Below are positions 1-8,143 of a stretch of DNA of 64,000 nt, piece by piece (position 1 is the stretch's first letter; each line of letters opens with the position of its first letter). The DNA is taken from positions 160,001 to 224,000 of the IMG/VR virus record IMGVR_UViG_3300013212_000088; one strand, 5' to 3'. The notes below the pieces were generated by a model, which worked only from the letters and a program-made list of their open reading frames with translations, did no database searches and was not told the origin of the DNA. A program made the position numbers and the translations under genes. The DNA is from a virus (lineage: Duplodnaviria > Caudoviricetes).

Positions 1-4
1 AACA

Positions 5-250
5 ATGAAGTTGCACGATATTCTCAAAGAAGAGGATGATGATTATTTTTTCTATAGAGAAGATAATATTGATAAGTTCTATTACAAAACTAAAAAGCTT
101 ATTTATTCTATTCCACAAAAAAGTTATATAAGAGGTATAGAACAAAAGGTTGATCCCAATGGTCTTGAAGATGTTTTTATAAGTTTTCTTTACGATTCTA
201 TATTTAGTTTTGAAGAAGCAATTTCAGACCTTTGGATTAAGGTTAAATAG
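5..250 (+). CDS. Hypothetical protein (81 aa)
   Basis: ORF whose stop abuts the next start; no recognised motif. Confidence 0.55.
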   Translation: MKLHDILKEEDDDYFFYREDNIDKFYYKTKKLIYSIPQKSYIRGIEQKVDPNGLEDVFISFLYDSIFSFEEAISDLWIKVK

Positions 251-825
251 TGAAACATTACTATCAAAATATACATGGCTGGTTTGATTATGAGAAATTA
301 TTTGAAACAGCAATACAAAATTGTCCAGAAAATGGAAAAATTGTAGAATTAGGTTGTTGGAAAGGTAAAAGTTCTTCTTACCTTATTGTTGAAGCATATA
401 ATTCCAATAAAAACATAGATATCAATTTTGTTGATACATGGGCTGGATCTCCTGAGCATTTAGATCCATCATTAGGCACATACGAAGAAGGGCTTGCTTC
501 AGATCCAGATTTTGTATATAAAGTTTTTCTAAATAATATTAATAAAACTTCTTATCCAAAAAACATACATAGGATGCACACATTTCAAGCATCCAAATTA
601 TTTGAAGATAATTCTATAGATTTTTTGTATATTGACACAGCGCATGAGTTTAAACATGTAGAAAAAGAAATTTCCATGTGGTATCCAAAAGTTAAGTCAG
701 GTGGAAGAATAGCTGGACATGATATATTTTATCCAGGTGTAATGAGAGCTGTTAAAGATTTTTCTAGAAAGTATGACGTCGAAATAAAAAAAATCAATTC
801 AAGTTGGATTGGGGTAAAATCATAA
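250..825 (+). CDS. Class I SAM-dependent methyltransferase (Methyltransf_24-like)
   Basis: Motif I VELGCWKGKSS, FVDTWAGS, FLYIDTAHE, WYPKVKSGGRIAGHD. Confidence 0.85.
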   Translation: MKHYYQNIHGWFDYEKLFETAIQNCPENGKIVELGCWKGKSSSYLIVEAYNSNKNIDINFVDTWAGSPEHLDPSLGTYEEGLASDPDFVYKVFLNNINKTSYPKNIHRMHTFQASKLFEDNSIDFLYIDTAHEFKHVEKEISMWYPKVKSGGRIAGHDIFYPGVMRAVKDFSRKYDVEIKKINSSWIGVKS

Positions 826-1403
826 TGGAACATTTTTATGAAGAAATTCAAGGTTGGTTTGATTACCAAAATGTTTATGACATTGCAATTAAAACATCAC
901 CAGAAAATTCTATATTAGTTGAAATCGGATGCTGGAAGGGTAAGAGTTCTTGCTATCTTTTGACACAAGCTTACAATTCTGGGAAAATGCTAAATCTGTC
1001 TTTTATTGATACATGGGCAGGCTCTATTGAGCATTTAGACCCTGAATGCGAATTTCATGAACCAGATCTCTTAACTAATAAAGATCATGTTTGGGATGTA
1101 TTCAACAAAAATATTGCAAGAGTTAATTACCCTAAATCTTTATTCAGAAGGGATACATTTGACGCTGTGAACTATTTTGAAGATAATTCAATTGCGTTTT
1201 TATATATAGATACAGCACATGAGTATGAACATGTAATAAAGGAAATAGATGCCTGGTACCCTAAGGTTAAATTAGGTGGTATTATAGCTGGTCACGATTA
1301 TTTTACCCCGACAGTCAACAAGGCAGTAAATGAGTTCTTTGAAATAAGACCTCATCCGCTAATTTCTTTAAATGCCAGCTGGATTGCCTTTAAAAATTAT
1401 TAA
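825..1403 (+). CDS. Class I SAM-dependent methyltransferase, tandem paralog of 250-825
   Basis: EIGCWKGKSS, DTWAGS, YIDTAHE, GGIIAGHD. Start moved to the ATG at 825 (TAATG overlap; MEHFYEEIQGWFDY aligns with the paralog N-terminus). Confidence 0.85.
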   Translation: MEHFYEEIQGWFDYQNVYDIAIKTSPENSILVEIGCWKGKSSCYLLTQAYNSGKMLNLSFIDTWAGSIEHLDPECEFHEPDLLTNKDHVWDVFNKNIARVNYPKSLFRRDTFDAVNYFEDNSIAFLYIDTAHEYEHVIKEIDAWYPKVKLGGIIAGHDYFTPTVNKAVNEFFEIRPHPLISLNASWIAFKNY

Positions 1404-1631
1404 ATGATTACACAATTATGCTGCGCTAAAGATGGAAACATATGTGAAATACTTAGCGTAGCAGGTAAAAATAGATCTAGGTTTGCAGAGCTTGGTTTTA
1501 ACAAAGGTGTGAGTGTAGAAGTTATATCACACATAGAAGATTCTCTAAGATTAAATATAAGAAATTACTGTATTGCCTTGCGAAAGTCAGAAGCAGAAGA
1601 TATAACAGTAAGAATCATAGAAAGTAAGTAA
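1404..1631 (+). CDS. feoA: FeoA-family SH3-like ferrous iron transport protein
   Basis: RFAELGFNKGVSVEV and IALRKSEAEDITV match the FeoA consensus (RL.xMGx.PG ... LALRxxEA). Confidence 0.75.
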   Translation: MITQLCCAKDGNICEILSVAGKNRSRFAELGFNKGVSVEVISHIEDSLRLNIRNYCIALRKSEAEDITVRIIESK

Positions 1632-1823
1632 ATGCATCAAAAACATACCATAACTCTAGTAGATAACAATTTTAAAGAAAAGTCAATTACACTAACTCAT
1701 CAACAATTAGTATCTCTTAATGAATGGCTGAATGTATATTTAAAGAATTCTGTTCCTTTAAAATATCAACAAGTAAAAACTCATTATCTGACTTCAAAAG
1801 AAATATACAATTTAGAACTCTAG
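1632..1823 (+). CDS. Hypothetical protein (63 aa)
   Basis: ORF abutting feoA; no motif. Confidence 0.5.
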   Translation: MHQKHTITLVDNNFKEKSITLTHQQLVSLNEWLNVYLKNSVPLKYQQVKTHYLTSKEIYNLEL

Positions 1824-1847
1824 TATAATATCTAACGGAGCAAAACA

Positions 1848-2411
1848 ATGACCTGGAAAGATATTAGAGATAGAAAAGAAGATTCAATTAGAGAAAGCAC
1901 AGGTAATCCAATGAGTAAATCATTTGAAGTAAACGGCAAAATTTATAATTCATACACTGAATATTCAAATTCAGATGAACATAAAGAATTATTAAAAATT
2001 CAAGAAGAAGCTTTGGAACAATATGAGCAAAAAGCCAAAGAATATTATGATTCTTTGGGAATAGATAATCAGCTTTTATTATTCTTTCATATCACAAATG
2101 TAATTTTTAAAAACTATTTTAAAGATAACAGCTCATATAGAGGCTTACTTTATGATAAGTTTGGTTTTGGTCCTGAAGCTTACAGTTTAGGTATGGATAG
2201 CGGTATGTTTTCTCTTCATAATGCTATATCCACTCCTGAAGATTCAGAAGAAAGATTTAATGCTTTAGTCAAATTTTTAAAGCTTGAATTATCACAAAAA
2301 GAATTAAATTCTTTGAGAAATATTTTTCTTTATGGATTTGATAGCACTAAATCTTTAGATAACATCAATACTGGTCAACAGAAGTTTGATTTTACAAAAG
2401 ACCCTGAATAA
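1848..2411 (+). CDS. Hypothetical protein (187 aa)
   Basis: Preceded by TATAAT (1824-1829) and a GGAG Shine-Dalgarno; no family recognised. Confidence 0.7.
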   Translation: MTWKDIRDRKEDSIRESTGNPMSKSFEVNGKIYNSYTEYSNSDEHKELLKIQEEALEQYEQKAKEYYDSLGIDNQLLLFFHITNVIFKNYFKDNSSYRGLLYDKFGFGPEAYSLGMDSGMFSLHNAISTPEDSEERFNALVKFLKLELSQKELNSLRNIFLYGFDSTKSLDNINTGQQKFDFTKDPE

Positions 2412-2422
2412 GGGTCTTTGCT

Positions 2423-2527
2423 TTACGAACCACTAGCAAGCCAAAAAACAAAAGATATAAAAGCTGCAATTGTTAAAAAAGCAACTCCGCAAATTAAATA
2501 CTCTAGAAACGAAAGCCCCTTCTTCAT
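2423..2527 (-). CDS. 34-aa microprotein with a prepilin-like (class III) signal peptide, not in the ORF track
   Basis: Translated by hand: MKKGLSFLEYLICGVAFLTIAAFISFVFWLASGS*. GGAGGA SD lies 7 nt upstream of the ATG; G|LSFLE resembles G|FTLxE; the remainder is one hydrophobic helix. Confidence 0.7.
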   Translation of the reverse strand: MKKGLSFLEYLICGVAFLTIAAFISFVFWLASGS

Positions 2528-2576
2528 TGAAAAATCCTCCTAAAGATTTTTTCTCAACAAAGAAGGGGTTTACTTG

Positions 2577-3386
2577 TTAAATTACAAAACTAAATGTATT
2601 TAAATGGTTGTTTCTAATCTTGTCTGCATGTTCTGTTCTGTCCCATTGATGATAAATGTAGAAAGTTTCATTATTCTTAGTTTGAACTTTTTTACCATCA
2701 AAATTACATGGAACAAAACCCCATTTAATTCCTTCACCAGTAGCACAAAATGAATCAGTGAATGGGGAACAAACCATAATTTTAGGATTAGACATTAAGT
2801 ATGGATAAAGATAATTTAAAGTTGCCTGATCAGTGTTAGATTTACTTATTCTATTACTGTTAATCCAAAGCAATAAAAACAATTGACTTACAGCAAAAGG
2901 CTTTCCGCCAATTGTTCCACCATTAACAACATAATATTCCATAAAATCATCTTTATGTGCAGATAAAAATGAATGATAATATTTCATGTCATAAAAGTTC
3001 CATTCATTTGTTTTGATTTGAATACCCTCATTAACAACAAAAACATCTTTATCTGGGTGTTGCTTCATAAACTCGAATGGGTCTTTTTGAATGATTACGT
3101 CTCTAAAGTCAACATGCATAACATATTCATAATTATCAAAGTTCTCGACTAACCATTGATAATAAGACATGAATCTATCTCTTGGCCCATTTAAAATAGG
3201 GTTTTTAACTTCAACTACTGCTGTAAAGTATTTCTTAAATGTGTCAATTTGTTGTTGAGTTAAGTCTTTTACAAAACAGATTTTATCAAATGTGTTAAAC
3301 TTTGATAATGTAGTTAAAAATATATCAGCATCTACAGATTCAGCAAAATCTTTTCCCTGAACAAACGTTAGTAATGCATTTTTCAT
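2577..3386 (-). CDS. Putative GT-A fold glycosyltransferase
   Basis: HVDFRDVIIQKDPF (DxD-type), DQATLNYL, HQWDR. Start placed at the ATG at 3386 (MKNALL). Confidence 0.7.
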   Translation of the reverse strand: MKNALLTFVQGKDFAESVDADIFLTTLSKFNTFDKICFVKDLTQQQIDTFKKYFTAVVEVKNPILNGPRDRFMSYYQWLVENFDNYEYVMHVDFRDVIIQKDPFEFMKQHPDKDVFVVNEGIQIKTNEWNFYDMKYYHSFLSAHKDDFMEYYVVNGGTIGGKPFAVSQLFLLLWINSNRISKSNTDQATLNYLYPYLMSNPKIMVCSPFTDSFCATGEGIKWGFVPCNFDGKKVQTKNNETFYIYHQWDRTEHADKIRNNHLNTFSFVI

Positions 3387-3392
3387 ATAGGT

Positions 3393-3402
3393 ATTGTACA
3401 AT
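3393..3402. promoter_or_regulatory. Palindromic bidirectional -10 element ATTGTACAAT between divergent genes
   Basis: Gives TG-TACAAT on both strands, 6 nt before the ATG at 3386 (-) and 9 nt before the ATG at 3412 (+). Confidence 0.55.
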
Positions 3403-3411
3403 CTAAGTGTC

Positions 3412-4389
3412 ATGATAGTAAGTAAAACTCCATATAGAATAAGTTTTTTTGGTGGTGGTTCAGACTTACCATCCTATTATATGCAAGAAGAAGGATGCGT
3501 AATTTCTACTTCTATTGATAAATATCTTTACATAACTACTAGTAAAAAGTTTGATCAATCTATTAGACTTAGCTATTCTGTTACTGAAAATGTATCTGAA
3601 ACTAAACATCTTCAACATGATATTGTAAGAAATATCCTCGAAGTGTTTAAAGTAAAAACAGGAATTGAAATTACTTCTGTTTCTGATTTGCCTTCCAGCG
3701 GTACAGGCATGGGATCTTCTAGTGCTTTTGCTGTTGGTTTGATAAATGCACTCTTTAAATATACAAATGGCGCCAAACCTAATCCAGAAGCCTTAGCTCT
3801 TATGGCTTGCGCAGTTGAAATAGATATGTGCGAAAAAACAATTGGAAAACAAGACCAATTTGCTTGCGCTTATGGTGGATTCAATGAGTTTATTTTTAAG
3901 AAGAATAGTGTCATAGCTAATCCAATACAAATATCTCAAGATGTTAAAAAAGAATTAGAAGATAATATGCTTCTTCTTTACACTAACACTTCAAGACTAG
4001 CTAACGAAATTTTGAAAGAACAAAGCCAGAATACAGAATCTAATTTGACAACAATGAACAACCTTAAAGAAATGGTCAAATTGGCTCATATTTTCAAAGA
4101 TAATGTAATTAATCATAAATTAGAAAATGTAGGCGAAATGTTAGATTATTCATGGCAATTAAAGAAGAATCTAACATTAAACATATCTAACCCTGAATTA
4201 GATGAGCTTTATGAATATTGCAAAAAGCTTGGGGCAAAAGGTGGAAAGATTTTAGGAGCTGGTGGTGGAGGATTTATGCTTATATATGCTGACCCAAAAT
4301 CACAAGAAAAAATCAAAAAGGAATTGAGAAGATACAAACCTTTCAATGTAAAAATTGCTACTGAGGGTTCTAAATCTCAAGAGGTATAA
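3412..4389 (+). CDS. hddA: GHMP-family sugar-phosphate kinase, HddA-like (heptose-7-phosphate kinase)
   Basis: SKTPYRISFFGGGSD, PSSGTGMGSSSAF, GKQDQ, KILGAGGGGF. Start at the ATG at 3412. Confidence 0.8.
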   Translation: MIVSKTPYRISFFGGGSDLPSYYMQEEGCVISTSIDKYLYITTSKKFDQSIRLSYSVTENVSETKHLQHDIVRNILEVFKVKTGIEITSVSDLPSSGTGMGSSSAFAVGLINALFKYTNGAKPNPEALALMACAVEIDMCEKTIGKQDQFACAYGGFNEFIFKKNSVIANPIQISQDVKKELEDNMLLLYTNTSRLANEILKEQSQNTESNLTTMNNLKEMVKLAHIFKDNVINHKLENVGEMLDYSWQLKKNLTLNISNPELDELYEYCKKLGAKGGKILGAGGGGFMLIYADPKSQEKIKKELRRYKPFNVKIATEGSKSQEV

Positions 4390-4396
4390 TAAAATT

Positions 4397-4951
4397 ATGT
4401 ATGTTAATAAAGATTTACCACCACATTTAGGCGGACATGACAACGAAACGCATCTTGATAATGGTGTTTTAGATTATATGATTTCTAAGTACAAAGTAGA
4501 ATCATATTTGGACGTAGGATGCGGACCAGGAGGAATGGTTGAATTAGCTGCCTCTAAAGGTTTAAGTGTTCTTGGAATTGATGGTGACTTTACTTTAAAC
4601 CACAAAGAAAAAACATTAATTCATGACTACACAAAAGGTTCAGCTGATATTATTAAAAAGTTTGATATGGCTTGGAGCTGTGAGTTTCTTGAACATGTTG
4701 AAGAAAAATATATGCCTTATTACATGGATTCATTCAAAAAAGCAAAGTATGTAGTATGCACTTATGCTGTGCCAGGACAATGGGGACATCATCATGTTAA
4801 TTGCCAAACCATGGATTATTGGAAGCAAAAGTTTTCTGATTATGGATTTAAGTTTTCAGCAACAGAAACATTAAAACTTAGAGAAGCTTCTACAATGCCA
4901 GCAATTCATTTTAAAAGATCTGGAATGTTTTTCTTTAATCTAAACCCATAG
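4397..4951 (+). CDS. Class I SAM-dependent methyltransferase
   Basis: YLDVGCGPG, FDMAWSCEFLEHV, GHHHVN. Start likely the ATG at 4397. Confidence 0.8.
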   Translation: MYVNKDLPPHLGGHDNETHLDNGVLDYMISKYKVESYLDVGCGPGGMVELAASKGLSVLGIDGDFTLNHKEKTLIHDYTKGSADIIKKFDMAWSCEFLEHVEEKYMPYYMDSFKKAKYVVCTYAVPGQWGHHHVNCQTMDYWKQKFSDYGFKFSATETLKLREASTMPAIHFKRSGMFFFNLNP

Positions 4952-5384
4952 TTTTGTATCTTCCTATTACATCAGAGCATATACCATAACACATAGAAAT
5001 ATCAGAATAAGAATGGTTTTCTGGCATTACACATATAGAGCCTTGAATTAAATCTTCTCCAGTGTAAGTCCAAATGCGCCCTTTAGAAGTTAAAGTGTAA
5101 TTGTCATTCTGGTGCCAAAAGTATTCACTCTTCATATCAGCTTTACTCATAAAAAGTAAGGCTTCTTTATTTTTACAGTGAACAAATAGCTTGTCATTAT
5201 TTAAGAAGTCTAATTCAATTTTATAAACAGGTTTGTCATGACCTAAAAATAAATTATCTTCAATTACATAAAGATCTATTTCTACGTGATAACCCAAACC
5301 AATAGCCCTAATTATATAATCAGGGCTATTTTCATTTTGCTCATTTATAGAAGTGACGTTACCTCTATGAGAAATTAAAACCAT
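4935..5384 (-). CDS. GDPD/PLC-like phosphodiesterase-fold protein
   Basis: ISHRGN...EN, VEIDL, LGHD, HCKN motifs. Confidence 0.65.
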   Translation of the reverse strand: MVLISHRGNVTSINEQNENSPDYIIRAIGLGYHVEIDLYVIEDNLFLGHDKPVYKIELDFLNNDKLFVHCKNKEALLFMSKADMKSEYFWHQNDNYTLTSKGRIWTYTGEDLIQGSICVMPENHSYSDISMCYGICSDVIGRYKTMGLD

Positions 5385-6043
5385 TATCTTTTCTTTGCTA
5401 GTGTATCAAATTGGGTAATTACCAACTTGTATCCTAATAATTGTAGTCTTTTAGTTAGCAAAGCTACATCTGCCTTATCTGAATGAGAATTAGATTCAAA
5501 ATAAATCTGATCTGGGCACTTATCATACTCAACAAAGTAATCTAAAGCTGCATTTACTAATTTACAATCATATCCCTCAACATCAACCTTTAAATACTTA
5601 ATATAACCAATTTCATATTCATCAACTAAGTTTTTAAAGGTAAGACATTTAACTGTGTCTACATTTACCATGCCCAATTCCAAAAGGTTGTAGGTAGTAA
5701 ACTTAGACTTGTCTTCAGCTAGATGCCATTCGTAAGGATTGTAGTAGTAAGCCACATGAAAATCATGAGGTTTATTCACAGTATTACAGCCAGCCAACCA
5801 ACCCCCTAAATTATGTTTATTAATTACATCTTCATGTACATAATAGAAAACAATTGTTCCATCACCCAAATCTTCATCTGACACCAAAGCTGCATTAACT
5901 TTGACTACATTTGGCTTATCTGGCAATTTATCTTGATACATTTTAATTGGCTCAACAGACAATCCAACAGTATTATCATCAGCCTTTTCAATCAAGGTAT
6001 CAAAAAAACAAGTCCCAACCTCTACAAAGTCGTAAGTTTTCAT
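5384..6043 (-). CDS. FkbM-like methyltransferase
   Basis: DFVEVG, LSVEP, KYLKVDVEGYD, IYFESN. Confidence 0.7.
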   Translation of the reverse strand: MKTYDFVEVGTCFFDTLIEKADDNTVGLSVEPIKMYQDKLPDKPNVVKVNAALVSDEDLGDGTIVFYYVHEDVINKHNLGGWLAGCNTVNKPHDFHVAYYYNPYEWHLAEDKSKFTTYNLLELGMVNVDTVKCLTFKNLVDEYEIGYIKYLKVDVEGYDCKLVNAALDYFVEYDKCPDQIYFESNSHSDKADVALLTKRLQLLGYKLVITQFDTLAKKR

Positions 6044-7215
6044 TCAACTAGGCCCCACTTGTTAATTGCTTGAAGATATTCATTTTCAAAAGTTTTATCG
6101 ATAGCCTGTCTCATAGCTTTAGCTCCTGCAACTGTTCCTGAAGGATGACCATGTAGCGCTCCACCACAATTTGCAAGGTAATTGATTCCAAACTTTTCAG
6201 TGATAGTATTGACAATTCCAGGGTGCATTCCACAAGACAATGCTGGAACTACATTTCTAGAGTGCAAAATACCCATAGTGTTTTTAAGATCGTTTTCATC
6301 ATCACTTGCGTAGCCGCCCCACATTCCAGTATGAATAAAGTCAACGCCCATTAAACCTGCTAAGTAGCAAATTACACTCCAATCAATATGAAAAGCATGC
6401 TTCTTGTTTGTAAGGATCTTATCGCCACTCTTTTGGAAGTGCATAAACAATGGAAGGTCTAATTCTCTTACAGACTTGTAAACACCCATTCCTGACCAGA
6501 AATTGATGTGAATACCGTTCCCGCCCTCTTGATGAATAAACTTAACTCTATCAAGTATGTGAGCTGGATCTGCATTGACACAGAAACAGTAAACTACATT
6601 CTTATCTCTAATGTATTCCGAGATAATAGGAACTCTTTCTTCTAATCTACATACTTCAGGGTTGGACATGATTTCATCTTCCTTGATGAAATTAACTCCA
6701 CCCTCAACCATTTCTTTTACCATATCGAGAAGAATACCAGGGCTCATTCCAGTTTTAGGCTTGCAGATACCGCCTAATAATGGTCTATTATGTGACTTGG
6801 TAAATTCTCTTGCACCAGTAATACCAAACTTAGGTAATTTAAAATATTTATCAATTACCCAATTAGGAATAATAAGATTTTCGAGCCAACATGTTTCAAT
6901 AGTGTCAATGTCTAACTGTCCACCCATCAAAAAACATAGAAGTTGAGAAATACCATCCGTAGAAAAGTCAATATTTGTTACAGGAAATCCAATTTCAACA
7001 CGACCAGAGTTAAGCTCAAGGTCTGAACAATTTTTTACAACACAAGAATGATTGTAAAATAACTCATCTGTTTCTCTTTCAAGTCTTACTAAAGGATTGC
7101 CAACGCTCTGGCCAATTGCAAGATTCCATGCAGCATCCCTTACGCCTTTTGAAGATTCTAAAAAATAAAATCCTTTGATATATCTTTCAGAATCAATTTC
7201 ATCTACAAAAATCAT
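6040..7215 (-). CDS. RuBisCO-like protein (form IV RLP)
   Basis: GGICKPKTG (K175/K177), NFIKEDE (K201-x-D203-E204), FMHFQ (H294), DFIHTG (H327), LSCG (S379), GGALHGHP (G403/404). The E60, N123 and K334 equivalents appear substituted. Confidence 0.88.
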   Translation of the reverse strand: MIFVDEIDSERYIKGFYFLESSKGVRDAAWNLAIGQSVGNPLVRLERETDELFYNHSCVVKNCSDLELNSGRVEIGFPVTNIDFSTDGISQLLCFLMGGQLDIDTIETCWLENLIIPNWVIDKYFKLPKFGITGAREFTKSHNRPLLGGICKPKTGMSPGILLDMVKEMVEGGVNFIKEDEIMSNPEVCRLEERVPIISEYIRDKNVVYCFCVNADPAHILDRVKFIHQEGGNGIHINFWSGMGVYKSVRELDLPLFMHFQKSGDKILTNKKHAFHIDWSVICYLAGLMGVDFIHTGMWGGYASDDENDLKNTMGILHSRNVVPALSCGMHPGIVNTITEKFGINYLANCGGALHGHPSGTVAGAKAMRQAIDKTFENEYLQAINKWGLVE

Positions 7216-7538
7216 TCTTTCACCTCATATTTATCCCCAGGAACAGATGGAGACTTTACACATACAATTGTACAGTCTTCAAGAAATTCTGGTTGTGCAA
7301 TTTCATTTTTTTCAATTAAAAATATACTACCTGGGCTTAAACTTTTACCATTAATAATCATTTTACCCGATATCAAAACATTGACTTCAACTGCTTCTTT
7401 GTGATAATGCTTGGGCCACTCTTCACCTTTTGGATGAAATAAAACACCAACCTCAAACTTATCAGTCTTGTAAATGGATGGGTCAAAGTTTCCTATAAAC
7501 CAACCCCTAAACATATTTTCTAAGTTATCAATTATCAT
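7212..7538 (-). CDS. Cupin-domain protein
   Basis: GWFIGNF, HYHKEAVEVNVLISG cupin metal motif. Start likely the ATG at 7538, overlapping the upstream TGA. Confidence 0.75.
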   Translation of the reverse strand: MIIDNLENMFRGWFIGNFDPSIYKTDKFEVGVLFHPKGEEWPKHYHKEAVEVNVLISGKMIINGKSLSPGSIFLIEKNEIAQPEFLEDCTIVCVKSPSVPGDKYEVKE

Positions 7539-8143
7539 CTTTTTGTAATAAAAGTCATTCCCCAATCAGTTTTTTCAACACATCTTTTGGAAATTTCATA
7601 TTTATCATTTTTTAAATTATTCACTAAATTTGTAGGTCCAGGATGAAAATTGGTGTCATGAAAAGCAATTATTCCATCTTTAGAAAGTAATTCAATATAT
7701 CGCCAGTCATTTAAAACTTGATTAATACTTGCCCAGCTATCAATAAAAATAAAATCAAATTCTTCAACACTGTGAGACTTAGCAAAACTTAAAACTTCCT
7801 CAATATTAGATGAATCAGTGGTTATGGTAAAAACATTATTTTTGATGTCATTCAAATCTGACTTATCTTTTATGTCTACTCCAAAATATTTAGTAGATGT
7901 GAGTTTGCTGTCAAGTAAAAGCTTAGTAAATGATCTGTCTGACCTATTACCAACACCTATTTCTAAAATTGAATTACAGTTATTCCTTATCGTCCCGAAA
8001 TAATGTATCAAAATACTTATATTTGCATCTGATACTTCTTTAGGAGGCTCAAATGTAGTAGGCCAATCAGAATCATCATGGTCAGTATATGTTCTAATTT
8101 CTTTATATAAATCTCTTTTAATTAATTCATCAATAGTTATCAT
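7535..8143 (-). CDS. Class I SAM-dependent methyltransferase (Methyltransf_24-like)
   Basis: ILEIGV, YFGVDI, FDFIFIDS, GIIAFHD. Confidence 0.75.
   Translation of the reverse strand: MITIDELIKRDLYKEIRTYTDHDDSDWPTTFEPPKEVSDANISILIHYFGTIRNNCNSILEIGVGNRSDRSFTKLLLDSKLTSTKYFGVDIKDKSDLNDIKNNVFTITTDSSNIEEVLSFAKSHSVEEFDFIFIDSWASINQVLNDWRYIELLSKDGIIAFHDTNFHPGPTNLVNNLKNDKYEISKRCVEKTDWGMTFITKR

Noticed and set aside
6040-7215. Bona fide CO2-fixing RuBisCO (form I-III)
   Set aside because: The E60, N123 and loop-6 K334 equivalents appear substituted, and there is no small subunit or phosphoribulokinase. It fits a form IV RLP.
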